From assembly GCA_963850305.1 (NCBI GenBank), contig CAWKKR010000004.1:224001-288000 (forward strand): a stretch of DNA of 64,000 bases, read 5' to 3'. The notes below the pieces were generated by a model. It saw only the letters and a program-made list of their open reading frames with translations, was not told where the DNA came from and did no database searches. Shown piece after piece: positions 31,239 through 40,525 of this stretch. How positions within the stretch are numbered: position 1 is the stretch's first letter; every line of letters begins with the position of its first letter. The DNA is from an uncultured delta proteobacterium (GTDB lineage: Bacteria; Myxococcota_A; Polyangia; Polyangiales; Polyangiaceae). The position numbers and the translations under genes were made by a program.

Positions 31239-31458
31239 CGCCGGGAGCGGTGATGGAGAGGCTTCTCGAGGCCGAGATCACCGAGCACCTGGGGCACGAG
31301 CCGCAGGGACGCCGACGGTCGAGCAACGCGCGCAATGGGCACACGCCCAAGACGGTGCAGACCGACTCGGGCCCGGTCGAAATCCAGGTTCCTCGGGATC
31401 GAGAAGGCTCTCACGAGCCACCGACAGCATCACCGATGAGCTCCGCGCGTGGCAGACA
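31239..31458 (+). mobile_element. IS256-family transposase remnant, internally deleted
   Basis: GAVMERLLEAEITEHLGHE...NARNGHTPKTVQTDSGPVEIQVPRDREGS (IS256 N-terminal signature) abuts, in another frame, SRATDSITDELRAWQT (a later IS256 segment); no DDE core. Confidence 0.85.
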
Positions 31459-31461
31459 CAT

Positions 31462-31680
31462 GATAACTGGATCACGCGCCGCGAGGACGCGTCCGTCGGT
31501 CGCGATAACTGGATCACGCAGCGCGACGAACGCGTCCATCGGGCGCGACGACACGTCGTCGGCCGTCGTAACCGACTCGCGCGCCGCGAGGACGCGCCCG
31601 TCGGCCGTAGTAAACCGCCTCACGCGCCGCGAGGACGCGCCCGTCGGCCGTAGTAAACCGCCTCACGCGCCGCGAGGACA
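31462..31680. repeat. degenerate 42/43-bp tandem repeats
   Basis: GATAACTGGATCACGC at 31462 and 31504; TCACGCGCCGCGAGGACGCGCCCGTCGGCCGTAGTAAACCGCC repeated near 31575-31680. Confidence 0.8.
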
Positions 31681-31789
31681 CATCTCACGAGCGCGTGGAC
31701 CGATCACTCCGCCGCGGGACTCGACTAGCACGCCGCGTTGGCCAGTTACTACGCCGACTGAACGACTCCTCATGGAGTCGCCGAGGCGC

Positions 31790-32665
31790 TCAGAGCAGCG
31801 TGTAGACGAGGCTCACGGCGGTCATCGTGTCGGTGTCCTTCACGCCGGGCAGCGGATCGTGGTCGTAGCGGAGGCCGAAGGTCGTCGCGAGTGAGAAGTG
31901 ACCCGCAATCCTCGACGTCAGGCCCGCGTCGAAGTTGACACGGTACTCGTCCGTATTGGAAACGCCTTGCAGATATTCGACGCCAGTCGTGAACGCGACG
32001 GCCGCGTTCAACGTGTTGCGATAACCAAGGAAGGCACGGCCGCTGTGCGCGACGGTCGTGGACGATGCGCCGGCATCGATAGCGTCCTGGTCGTTCATGT
32101 CGAACTGAAAGTCGTACCCGAGCTCGCCCCAGAACGCCTGAGCCGGCTCGTCCACGAAATAGTAGGCGATTCCGGGATCCAGATTGAGCCGGAGATTCAA
32201 CTTCTGAAACCGGTCACGACGCGCGGACGCCGCGAAGAACAGCGCGAACTCGGACGCGATGAACCGGTCGTAGCGGATCTTCCCCTGGTAATTTTCGACG
32301 GTGGGCTCCACGTCGGCCGTGGGTGATGCGGCCGCCCGCGCGTAGTTGGCCGCCGCCATGATGGAGAGCTCATTCTCCTCTCGACGCATCTTGAATTGCC
32401 CAGAGCCGGTGACCGCAAGGGCGCGGGCGTTGCCAGTCGAAAGGAGACCGCCGCCGAGGATCTGCGCCGCCGTCGAGTCCTTTGCAGCCGCATCGGGCTT
32501 CGCGGCTGCTTCGAACTTGCCGTTACTGGCGACGTCCGTGCTTCCCGTGGTCGCCGCAGTTTGCGGTGCGGCGCCCGTGGGGACGGCGTCCGCGAAAGCA
32601 GCGGGCGCCGAGGCGAGGGTGGCGAGGGCCAGGGTCGAAGCGCGGATCTTCGGGTAAACGTTCAT
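31790..32665 (-). CDS. DUF481/YdiY-like outer-membrane beta-barrel protein
   Basis: Signal peptide, STGNA, RYDRF, RDRFQKLNLR, LRYDHDPLPG...DTMTAVSLVYTL. Confidence 0.8.
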   Translation of the reverse strand: MNVYPKIRASTLALATLASAPAAFADAVPTGAAPQTAATTGSTDVASNGKFEAAAKPDAAAKDSTAAQILGGGLLSTGNARALAVTGSGQFKMRREENELSIMAAANYARAAASPTADVEPTVENYQGKIRYDRFIASEFALFFAASARRDRFQKLNLRLNLDPGIAYYFVDEPAQAFWGELGYDFQFDMNDQDAIDAGASSTTVAHSGRAFLGYRNTLNAAVAFTTGVEYLQGVSNTDEYRVNFDAGLTSRIAGHFSLATTFGLRYDHDPLPGVKDTDTMTAVSLVYTLL

Positions 32666-32745
32666 GATGAGTCCTTCACCGGCCGGAGAGCGGGCCGGTC
32701 ATGCCAAACTCTGCACGCTGCCGTCAAGGACCGAAGGGCAATCCG

Positions 32746-34326
32746 ATGCCGAGACCAGAAAATATATCGAACGGCGATATACCTGGAGTCGTCTTCGAGA
32801 GGGGCGACGACATAACGACGCGGGTCAATCGGATCGCGCGACTCGGTCCCGGAAGGACCGCGCTGGCCGACGAGCAGCGTAGTATCACGTATTCGGAGCT
32901 CGCCGAGACGGCCGCGTCGGTGGCAAGCGCTCTGGTCGATTCCGGCGTCCGCCGCGGAGATCGGGTGGCCTTGCTTGCGACGAACTCGGTGGAATACGTT
33001 CAGGTGTTCTTGGGTGCCCTCGAGGCAGGAGCCTCCGTGGTGCCTCTGCCGACGCTGAGCTCGGTCGACGCGCTCCGCGCGATGCTCGAAGATTGCACGC
33101 CCCGTGTCTTGTTCGCGTCCGCAGCGTATCACGACGCGCTCGAGCAGGCAGATCGCGCTCGTACTCCTCACCGTGTGGGGCTGGATCTCGGAGACCGTGA
33201 TTGGACGTCTCTCTCCGCATTCCGCGCGGGACGACCGGGCGCAGCGTTCCCGGCTCTGGGCGCCGACGACGAATTCGACGTGATCTACAGCTCGGGCACG
33301 ACGGGTATCCCGAAGGGGATCGTGCACTCGCACGGCGCTCGAAAGGCGAGCTACGCCGGTTCCCGCGCGGCCTACTTCTCACCGGACACCGTGAACGTCG
33401 TCGCGACGCCTTTTTACTCCAACACCACCTGCATCACGTGGCTCCTCACGACGGCGGCTGGCGGCACGAACGTGCTGCTCGGCAAATTCTCTCCGGACGC
33501 ATTTCTGAGCGCAGTCGAGCGGCATCATGCGACGCACGCGATGCTGGTGCCCGTGCAGTACGACCGGATCCTGGGTTCGGAGAAGTTCCAGGACTCGAAC
33601 GTCTCGAGCCTCCGCTATCTTTTCTCGACGAGCGCGCCGCTCCGGGCGACCACGAAGAAACGGATCCTCGACGAGACCCCGGCGGATCTGATCGAGATCT
33701 ACGGCGTCACGGAAGGTGGACCCGTCACCGTGCTGGATGCTCGACGCCATCCGGACAAGCTGGCGAGCGTCGGAGTGCCGACGCCGGGCTGCGACGTTCG
33801 CGTGATCGGAGAAGACGCGCGCGACGTTCCGCGCGGCCATGCCGGAGAGATCGTCGGAAGGTCTGCGAACATGATGACTGGTTACCTGAATCGACCCGAC
33901 GAGACCTCCGCGCTCGTCTTTCGGGACGAAGCCGGCGCGCTCTACTATCGCTCAGGGGACATCGGACGCTTCGACGAAGATGGCTTTCTGCATCTGCTCG
34001 ACCGAAAGAAGGACGTGATCATCTCGGGGGGTTTCAACGTCTTCGCGACGGACCTCGAAGCGGCCATGGCGACTCATGCTGCGGTCGCCGAGGTTGCGGT
34101 GATCGGCGTACCGAGCGAGCGCTGGGGTGAGACGCCGTTCGCGATCGTCGTCGTGAAGGCAGGCAGCGTCGTGACGGAGGGCGAACTCGTCGAGCACGCG
34201 AACGCTCGTCTCGGCAAGGCGCAGCGCGTGTCGGGCGTGGAATTCCGGAGCGAGCTGCCGAAGAGCGCCATCGGCAAGGTATTGAAGCGGGAGCTTCGCG
34301 AACCGTACTGGCGCGGGCGGATGTGA
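32746..34326 (+). CDS. AMP-dependent acyl-CoA synthetase/ligase
   Basis: YSSGTTGIPKG, YGVTE, SGDIGRFDEDGFL, DRKKDVIISGG, LPKSAIGKVLK. Confidence 0.93.
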   Translation: MPRPENISNGDIPGVVFERGDDITTRVNRIARLGPGRTALADEQRSITYSELAETAASVASALVDSGVRRGDRVALLATNSVEYVQVFLGALEAGASVVPLPTLSSVDALRAMLEDCTPRVLFASAAYHDALEQADRARTPHRVGLDLGDRDWTSLSAFRAGRPGAAFPALGADDEFDVIYSSGTTGIPKGIVHSHGARKASYAGSRAAYFSPDTVNVVATPFYSNTTCITWLLTTAAGGTNVLLGKFSPDAFLSAVERHHATHAMLVPVQYDRILGSEKFQDSNVSSLRYLFSTSAPLRATTKKRILDETPADLIEIYGVTEGGPVTVLDARRHPDKLASVGVPTPGCDVRVIGEDARDVPRGHAGEIVGRSANMMTGYLNRPDETSALVFRDEAGALYYRSGDIGRFDEDGFLHLLDRKKDVIISGGFNVFATDLEAAMATHAAVAEVAVIGVPSERWGETPFAIVVVKAGSVVTEGELVEHANARLGKAQRVSGVEFRSELPKSAIGKVLKRELREPYWRGRM

Positions 34327-34362
34327 ACCCCGGCTGACCACCGACGCGATCGGCCCGAAGCG

Positions 34363-35283
34363 CTAGCCGCACGTTCCGTCGCCCCGGCACCGCAGACCTC
34401 TCGGACAGGAGGTCGTCCCGCAGGTGCATACCCCGGACGCGCACGAGCCCGGACTGCCGGCGTTGCAGCTCGGGTCATCGGTGCACTCGCAGGCGCCCTG
34501 GTCGCACGTGAAATTCCGAGGGCAGGCACGACCGCAAGCGCCGCAGCTCGAGGTGCTCGCCGTGAGGTCGACGCAGCCCGCCGGCACGTCGCAACACGTC
34601 TGCCCCGAGGAACACGCCTTGCCGGCGTTGCAACTGCACGCGCCCTGACGACACACCTCGCCGTGGTCGCACGTGGTCGTCGTATCGCAATGACAGAGAC
34701 CGGTGCCGGTGTCGCAGGTGACCGTCCCCTGCCCGCCGCCGCCGACGTGGCAATCGGGATCGGCGCGACAGCCGCACAGCGAGTTCGTGCAGACGAAGCC
34801 AATCCTCTGGGCGGAGCAATCATTGGCACAGCTCCCGCACTCGTGGACGCTCGACGCGGTGTCGGTCTCGCAGCCATCCGCGGAATTGCCGTTGCAATCG
34901 CCGAAGCCGTCCGCGCACGTCGCGCTTCCGTCTCTCGCCGCATCGCCTCCGGCGTCGGCAAAGCTCGAGTCTCCGTTTGCGGCATCGAGGTCGCTCGCGC
35001 GGGCGTCGGGCGCGTTCGCATCGGCGCCGCCGGAGGAACCCGCGTCGCGAATGCCAGCAACGCCGCCCGATCCGGTCGCGACGTTGCCTCCCGACCCGGT
35101 CGCTGCCGCCGCGCCACCCGCGCCTCCCGACCCGGAGGAAATCACGGCCGCATCACCGCCGTCCTTCCCCGCGTCGGCATGAACGCGCCCGCCGAGGTCC
35201 GCGATGTCGAACACGCCGAAGTTCTGGGTGCACGCGATCGCGAGTAGGGACGCGGAGAACAGCGGGGCAAACCTGGTTCTCAT
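34363..35283 (-). CDS. Cys-rich lipoprotein
   Basis: Lipobox LAIAC, Gly/DAG linker, CADGFGDCNGNSADGCE and CGACGRAC repeats. Confidence 0.82.
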   Translation of the reverse strand: MRTRFAPLFSASLLAIACTQNFGVFDIADLGGRVHADAGKDGGDAAVISSGSGGAGGAAAATGSGGNVATGSGGVAGIRDAGSSGGADANAPDARASDLDAANGDSSFADAGGDAARDGSATCADGFGDCNGNSADGCETDTASSVHECGSCANDCSAQRIGFVCTNSLCGCRADPDCHVGGGGQGTVTCDTGTGLCHCDTTTTCDHGEVCRQGACSCNAGKACSSGQTCCDVPAGCVDLTASTSSCGACGRACPRNFTCDQGACECTDDPSCNAGSPGSCASGVCTCGTTSCPRGLRCRGDGTCG

Positions 35284-35322
35284 GACGGCCGAGTGTACTC
35301 GTTCCGGGACGGTCACAGGATG

Positions 35323-37536
35323 CTACGGCTTCGAAGTAGCTGCGGCAGCAGACTGGGCTTGTGCCTTCTTCACGAGGTCGGCGAGCGACGGTGCGGGTCC
35401 GCTGCTGGCCGCCTGAGGTGCGGTTGCAGGTTCTTCACCCGGCCGAGGGGGCTTCGACGCGGCCGCGACCGCCTTCGCAGCGGGCGGTTGCTCGACGGGT
35501 TTCTGAGCGACCGGCGCGGGCAGGGCGACGCTCGGTTCGGGTGGAGCCCTCTTCGCGGGTGGCCCAGGCTGAGCCGCAACTGGCGTCGGTGGAGCGACCG
35601 CAGCCGTGCTTTCCGTCTTTGCGCTCGAGGTCATGACCCGAACGAGAACGGCGACGACAATCGCCGCCACGACGGCAAGCGCGATGAACAAACCGGTTCG
35701 GTTCGACCTCGGAACGCGCAGTTCTTCCGCGTCCGACGGGGCAACCTCGCGCGCAGCGACGGGCCGCTGCGGCGCGACTGCCGGAGCGCCAGCGCCCATC
35801 CGCCGCGCGATCGGCTTCGGTTGTTCCGCGATCGGCTTCGGTTGTTCCGCGATCGGCTTCGGTTGTTCCGCGATCGGCTTCGGTTGTTCCGCGATCGGCT
35901 CGGACGGCGGAAGGCTCTCCGCCGCGAGACTGTCCGCGTCGAGGCTCACCGGGGCGCCATCCGGATCGGCGCTGATCTGCGTATCCTCGATCGACGAGGG
36001 GACGCTGAGGGCCTCGACGCTCTCGGGCGGCGCGTCGGAGGTCGGCTCGACGGCGTGCCGCGCGGGTGCAGGCACGCCCTCTGGAGGCGCGGCGTCGATG
36101 TTCGATGGGAGGGTCGCGGCGGCCTCCGTCGGGGGTGCGTCGGACATCGACGGCGCGGTCGTCACGGACTCCACGGTCGGCGGCGCGTCCGACGAAGACT
36201 CCCGCGACGCCGAGATCGCGACCCGCGCCTCTTCAGTCGTCGGTCGCGCGGTGATCGTCGCGGACACTGCCGCCTCGCTCGCGCTGGCGGCCGGCGTCGG
36301 AGCGTCATCGACGAGAACGGGAGCGTCGGGCGGAAGCGGCGGCGCGACGACGACGGCCGTTCGTTCGCCGCTTTCGGGGGCTGGCGGTGCCGTGTCGCGA
36401 TCATCCCCTTGTGGTGGAACGGTTGGGCGATTCGACGGTGCCGCACCGCGGGCGGGAGCAGCATCGCGGGCGTCATCCCCGACGGTGTCGAGGGACGCGA
36501 GAAACCTGGCGACGACTTCGTGCGATGCGACGGCGGCCGGCCCGAGCGCGACGATGGCATCGACCGCCTTCTGGAGGGACGGAAAGCGCGCGTCCCGGTC
36601 TCGTTCGAGGCAGCGCGCGACGACGTCTGCGAGCTCCTTCGAGACCTTCCCCTTGAGAAGCGGGAGCGAGTCCAGCCGAGGGATCGGGGTCGTCAGCACT
36701 TTGTGACGCGCGGTGGACGCCTGGAGCGCGTCGGATCCCGGCTTCGGCTTGACGGCACCCGCCGCGGCCGGCCGCGGCATGATCGATGGCCCGAAGAGCG
36801 AACGGCCGGCGACGAGCTCCCATACGATGGTGAAGACCGTGAACAAGTCCGCCCGCTCGTCGACCGGACCCTTTGGTTCGAGTTGCTCCGGGGCGCGGTA
36901 GGCCACGACGTCAGGCCGATTCGCAAACTGCGGAATCGAGAGCACCGATCCGGAAAACCCTGCTTCGAGCAGGATCGTTTCGCCGAACGTGGCGACGAGC
37001 AGATCGTCCAGCAACAGGCCGCCGTGAAGGCCCGCAGCCATCACTCGCTCGTCCTCGGTCTCGGGGACGGGAAAGAGCTCGGCCCAGGGGGCGCGGAGGC
37101 TGTTCAGCGCCTCCAGAACATCGACCGCGATGCGCATCGCCACGGGTGGTGGAACGTTCGCGCGTTTGCCGCCCGGCGGGCGCAGGAGAACATGCACGAG
37201 CGCGCCGGAGATGTGCTCGCTGACGATCGCAATCTCCGCTTCGCCGATTGCGACGTCGAGCACCGCGGCGATTTTCGGATGCCGGAGCTCCATCGCCGCG
37301 AATCCGGCCTTCGCGACTCGCTCCACGACGGCAGGTTCGTGCGGCTCGCTTCGCCGAATCCGCCGCATGACGACGGTACGTCCCTCCTCCGCGCCCGTCG
37401 CAATCCGGGCACGAAAGAGGTCACCAATGGCGCCAGCCACAATCGACGACACGACCTCGTACCGTCCACCCCCTGGAGCTCGCGAGGGTCGAGGGGCCGC
37501 GGGGTCGTGCGAGTCGTCGGGCAGGTTGCTTGCCAT
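35323..37536 (-). CDS. membrane Ser/Thr pseudokinase with Pro/Ala-rich linker
   Basis: Kinase fold (RYEVV, HPKIAAVLD, YRAPEQ, ERADLF) but HRD is replaced by HGG and DFG by EAG; one TM near the C-terminus. Confidence 0.8.
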   Translation of the reverse strand: MASNLPDDSHDPAAPRPSRAPGGGRYEVVSSIVAGAIGDLFRARIATGAEEGRTVVMRRIRRSEPHEPAVVERVAKAGFAAMELRHPKIAAVLDVAIGEAEIAIVSEHISGALVHVLLRPPGGKRANVPPPVAMRIAVDVLEALNSLRAPWAELFPVPETEDERVMAAGLHGGLLLDDLLVATFGETILLEAGFSGSVLSIPQFANRPDVVAYRAPEQLEPKGPVDERADLFTVFTIVWELVAGRSLFGPSIMPRPAAAGAVKPKPGSDALQASTARHKVLTTPIPRLDSLPLLKGKVSKELADVVARCLERDRDARFPSLQKAVDAIVALGPAAVASHEVVARFLASLDTVGDDARDAAPARGAAPSNRPTVPPQGDDRDTAPPAPESGERTAVVVAPPLPPDAPVLVDDAPTPAASASEAAVSATITARPTTEEARVAISASRESSSDAPPTVESVTTAPSMSDAPPTEAAATLPSNIDAAPPEGVPAPARHAVEPTSDAPPESVEALSVPSSIEDTQISADPDGAPVSLDADSLAAESLPPSEPIAEQPKPIAEQPKPIAEQPKPIAEQPKPIARRMGAGAPAVAPQRPVAAREVAPSDAEELRVPRSNRTGLFIALAVVAAIVVAVLVRVMTSSAKTESTAAVAPPTPVAAQPGPPAKRAPPEPSVALPAPVAQKPVEQPPAAKAVAAASKPPRPGEEPATAPQAASSGPAPSLADLVKKAQAQSAAAATSKP
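35806..35900. repeat. intragenic 21-bp tandem repeat (PIAEQPK x~4.5)
   Basis: CGCGATCGGCTTCGGTTGTTC x4 plus a partial copy. Confidence 0.95.
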
Positions 37537-37840
37537 CAGCCAAATCCGCGGCCAAGGACCAGGCGGCCCTTTGGGGTGACGCCCCACCCGCTCGGAGGTC
37601 GCGGGTAGATTAGCCGCTTCATGCGGAAGCCGCAGACTTTTGGCTGATCCGGGTCACAAAAAGAGGCTCGGCCGGTGGGCGCATGGACGCGTGGGAGTGG
37701 AGCGTCGGCGGAAAAACCGCGTGGAAACAGCGGAGTCTCAGGCACAATCCACGTAAATGAGGGCGGGGTCCCCGTGAAAAATCAGGGATTCCTTGTTTGC
37801 CCGGCCGTTAGCCCGTAAATTCTGATGCTCCCCGCCCCTC

Positions 37841-39385
37841 ATGGCATCCGAGACTGACGATTCCAAACAGACGACCGCGTCTGGACTGCGTGTGCTGTCA
37901 CCCGAGACTCGCCCCGGCGGGGCGACGCCGGTGTCGAGCCCGATGGCCTCGAGCCGCCCCCGTTACGGTGCCGGTGACGTCATTGCCGAAAAGTATCGGC
38001 TCGGGCGGAAACTCGGCGAGGGCGGAATGGGCGAGGTCTGGTTCGCGCACAACGAGACCCTCGATATCGACATAGCGATCAAGTTGATCCGAGGCGAGGT
38101 CGCGACCGCGGAAATGGCCGACCGGCTTCTGCACGAGGCCCGCGCCGCGGCGCGGCTTGGGCACGCGGCCATCGTCCGGGTGAACGACTTCGGGAAGACG
38201 AGCCGGGGTGACCCGTTCATCGTGATGGAGCTCCTCGACGGGGAAGACCTGGCGAGCGCTCTCGCGAAGCGCGGAAAAATCAGCGCCATCAAGGCTGTCC
38301 GGACTCTGCTGCCGATCGCGCACGCGCTCTCGGTCGCCCACAACAAGGGGATCGTTCACCGGGACCTGAAGCCCGAGAATGTCTTTCTCGCGAAGAACGA
38401 AGAAGGACAGATTCAGCCGAAGCTCGTCGACTTCGGCGTCGCAAAACTCGAAAAGCAGCATTCGCAAAGATTGACCCAGACCGGAGCGCTGCTCGGCAGC
38501 CCGCTCTACATGTCGCCCGAACAAGCCCGCGGCGACGACGTCGATCATCGGGCAGACATCTGGGCGCTCGCCGTCGTGCTCTACGAGACCATCACGGGTC
38601 GTCCGCCGTTCGAGGGCAAGAACTACAACGCGGTCCTCTACGCGATCACGGCGAATTTCCCGACGCCGATCACGGAGTTCGAGACGGGTGACGCGGAACT
38701 GTGGACGATCCTGGATCGCGGCTTCCAGAAGGATCCTGACCGTCGCTGGTATTCGATGCGCGATTTCGGGGAGGCGCTCGCCAGGTGGCTCGAAGATCGC
38801 GACGTGCACGAGGACATCACGGGGGCTTCCCTTCAGACGACATGGTTTCAGTGGAAGCGCGACGAGGATCAACTGGCGCCAGGATCGTCGACGCCACCCC
38901 CCAACGACGACGCGCCTGGCGCACTGCCCCCGGTTCCGCACATCGCGCCGTCACCGATGGCCGATCAGGTTCGCGAGCGCGAGATCACGAAGCGCACTCT
39001 GCGGCACGGCCACGAGTCCCTTTACTTGATCGTTGCCGTGGGCGTCGCCGCGCTGCTGATCGGCGTGCTGACCGTCGTACTGTTGCGCAAGGCGCCCACC
39101 GTGCATGCGGAGAGCCCGCCGCCAGCCGAGCCGAACCCCGTGGCAGCCGCGACTGCGGTCGCGCTCCCGTCGCCCCCACCGGCTCCAGAGGACTCCGCTC
39201 ACGAACTCGCAGTGGAAGAAGCGCTCGCCGGTGCGCCGTCGGCTGCGAGCCCCGCGCCGACTCCACACGCGGCGGCCGAGCACCCGCGGCAGCACATCGC
39301 GATCTCGGCCAGCCGAGGCATCTTCACGTCGGACCCCTATGGCTCGAGTGGGCCCCGTCGTGCACTGAAGAACCCGTTTCAGTGA
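37841..39385 (+). CDS. Hanks-type Ser/Thr protein kinase with TM
   Basis: GEGGMGEV, IAIK, HRDLKPEN, DFG, YMSPEQ, DIWA; TM; C-terminal NPF. Confidence 0.95.
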   Translation: MASETDDSKQTTASGLRVLSPETRPGGATPVSSPMASSRPRYGAGDVIAEKYRLGRKLGEGGMGEVWFAHNETLDIDIAIKLIRGEVATAEMADRLLHEARAAARLGHAAIVRVNDFGKTSRGDPFIVMELLDGEDLASALAKRGKISAIKAVRTLLPIAHALSVAHNKGIVHRDLKPENVFLAKNEEGQIQPKLVDFGVAKLEKQHSQRLTQTGALLGSPLYMSPEQARGDDVDHRADIWALAVVLYETITGRPPFEGKNYNAVLYAITANFPTPITEFETGDAELWTILDRGFQKDPDRRWYSMRDFGEALARWLEDRDVHEDITGASLQTTWFQWKRDEDQLAPGSSTPPPNDDAPGALPPVPHIAPSPMADQVREREITKRTLRHGHESLYLIVAVGVAALLIGVLTVVLLRKAPTVHAESPPPAEPNPVAAATAVALPSPPPAPEDSAHELAVEEALAGAPSAASPAPTPHAAAEHPRQHIAISASRGIFTSDPYGSSGPRRALKNPFQ

Positions 39386-39449
39386 TCGAAGACGACGGGA
39401 CGCGCTGAAGAGTGCCCAAGCGGCCCGGGCTGCGCTAGGTTGCTGGGAA

Positions 39450-39653
39450 ATGAGTTCTTCAGGCCACGACGAACCCTCGGGAAATGACTCTGACGAGCCT
39501 CGCACACCGCTATGGTTGCCGCTGCTCGGGCTCTGTCTGTTCCTCGGCGCACTCGTGTATTCCCTCGTCGGACGGACCGCATCCCCGACGCACGCCACGA
39601 CGGGCGCGCCGTCCAATTCGGCGGCGGCGCCACCCCCATCCGCAGCACCCTGA
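39450..39653 (+). CDS. small single-TM hypothetical protein
   Basis: 67 aa; DEPRTPLWLPLLGLCLFLGALVY TM followed by an Ala/Pro tail. Confidence 0.6.
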   Translation: MSSSGHDEPSGNDSDEPRTPLWLPLLGLCLFLGALVYSLVGRTASPTHATTGAPSNSAAAPPPSAAP

Positions 39654-39661
39654 CGGGCGGC

Positions 39662-40354
39662 TCAATCGATTTTCGCGTCGCTGCGCGCGCGCAGAACGTC
39701 CGTCATGCGCACCGCGAGCGTCGTGTGGCCCTGGCTATTCGCGACGAGCTCGCGGACCAGCAGGATGATGGTCGAGCGCATCATGGCAAAGAGCCGGTCG
39801 ATGTCGGCGTCACCATAGACCTGCGCGCGGACGAAGACCCCTTCGATCATCGACAGGACGAGATCGCAGGCGGTGCCCAGCTCGACCCCGGGAAGGATAT
39901 TGCCCACCGACTCCTGGATCCCCGTCGCCAGCGCGCCGTGTGCGCTGTCGTAGAAACGACGGAGCGCCTGGCGCGCTTCTTCGTCGATCTGCGTGCGTTC
40001 CGCGAGGACGACGAGTAACACGCGGAAGATTTCGGGCCGCTCTTTGACTCGGTGGCGCATCGCCGCAAGCGCGAGATCGAGGCGATCGCGAGGAGTGCCG
40101 GCACCGCGGGCCGCTTCCGTGATTTGATCGACCCACTCCGCCACGACGTGATCGATGACGGCGTTCAAGAGACCAACCTTGTTCTGGAACTCCCAGTAAA
40201 GGCCCGTCTTCGCGACCCCAGCTCGTCGGCAGAGGGCATCCACTCCGGTCGCTGCGTAACCACGTTCCGCAAACATCTCGATCGCAGCTTCGAGCAGTCG
40301 CTGGCGCGTGGTGCCTTGCCGCGGGGCAGGTTGCGGTGCCGGATCTGCCGCCAT
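39662..40354 (-). CDS. TetR/AcrR-family regulator
   Basis: TRQRLLEAAIEMFAERGY...LCRRAGVAKTGLYWEFQNK HTH. Confidence 0.93.
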   Translation of the reverse strand: MAADPAPQPAPRQGTTRQRLLEAAIEMFAERGYAATGVDALCRRAGVAKTGLYWEFQNKVGLLNAVIDHVVAEWVDQITEAARGAGTPRDRLDLALAAMRHRVKERPEIFRVLLVVLAERTQIDEEARQALRRFYDSAHGALATGIQESVGNILPGVELGTACDLVLSMIEGVFVRAQVYGDADIDRLFAMMRSTIILLVRELVANSQGHTTLAVRMTDVLRARSDAKID

Positions 40355-40436
40355 TCATCGCTCCGATGTGGCGTGGGTACGGAGATGTTTCGTCAAGTTG
40401 GAATCTGGCTTCCCTGGCGAGCAGCTTATAGCTCCC

Positions 40437-40454
40437 CTGTACCGATGGGTACAG
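40437..40454. promoter_or_regulatory. palindromic candidate TetR operator 1
   Basis: CTGTACC-GATG-GGTACAG perfect 7-bp inverted repeat between divergent tetR genes. Confidence 0.65.
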
Positions 40455-40500
40455 CAGGCTTGAATCGAATCCGAGACGCGAGGTTGCGTCGCGGCATGAA

Positions 40501-40520
40501 AGAACTAGAATTCTGGTTCT
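40501..40520. promoter_or_regulatory. palindromic candidate TetR operator 2
   Basis: AGAACTAGAATTCTGGTTCT, 20-bp palindrome with one mismatched pair, ending 5 bp before ATG 40526. Confidence 0.65.
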
Positions 40521-40525
40521 GATCC

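Noticed and set aside
30639..31894. Long ORFs across the repeat (204, 307, 194, 148, 206, 214 aa) as genuine genes
   Set aside because: They are open only because the repeat lacks stop codons. There is no convincing RBS or domain except the IS256 fragments.
35293..37608. 771-aa plus-strand ORF and similar long Arg-rich antisense or alternate-frame ORFs throughout the window
   Set aside because: Shadow ORFs typical of high-GC genomes. They overlap well-supported genes and have no recognisable motifs.
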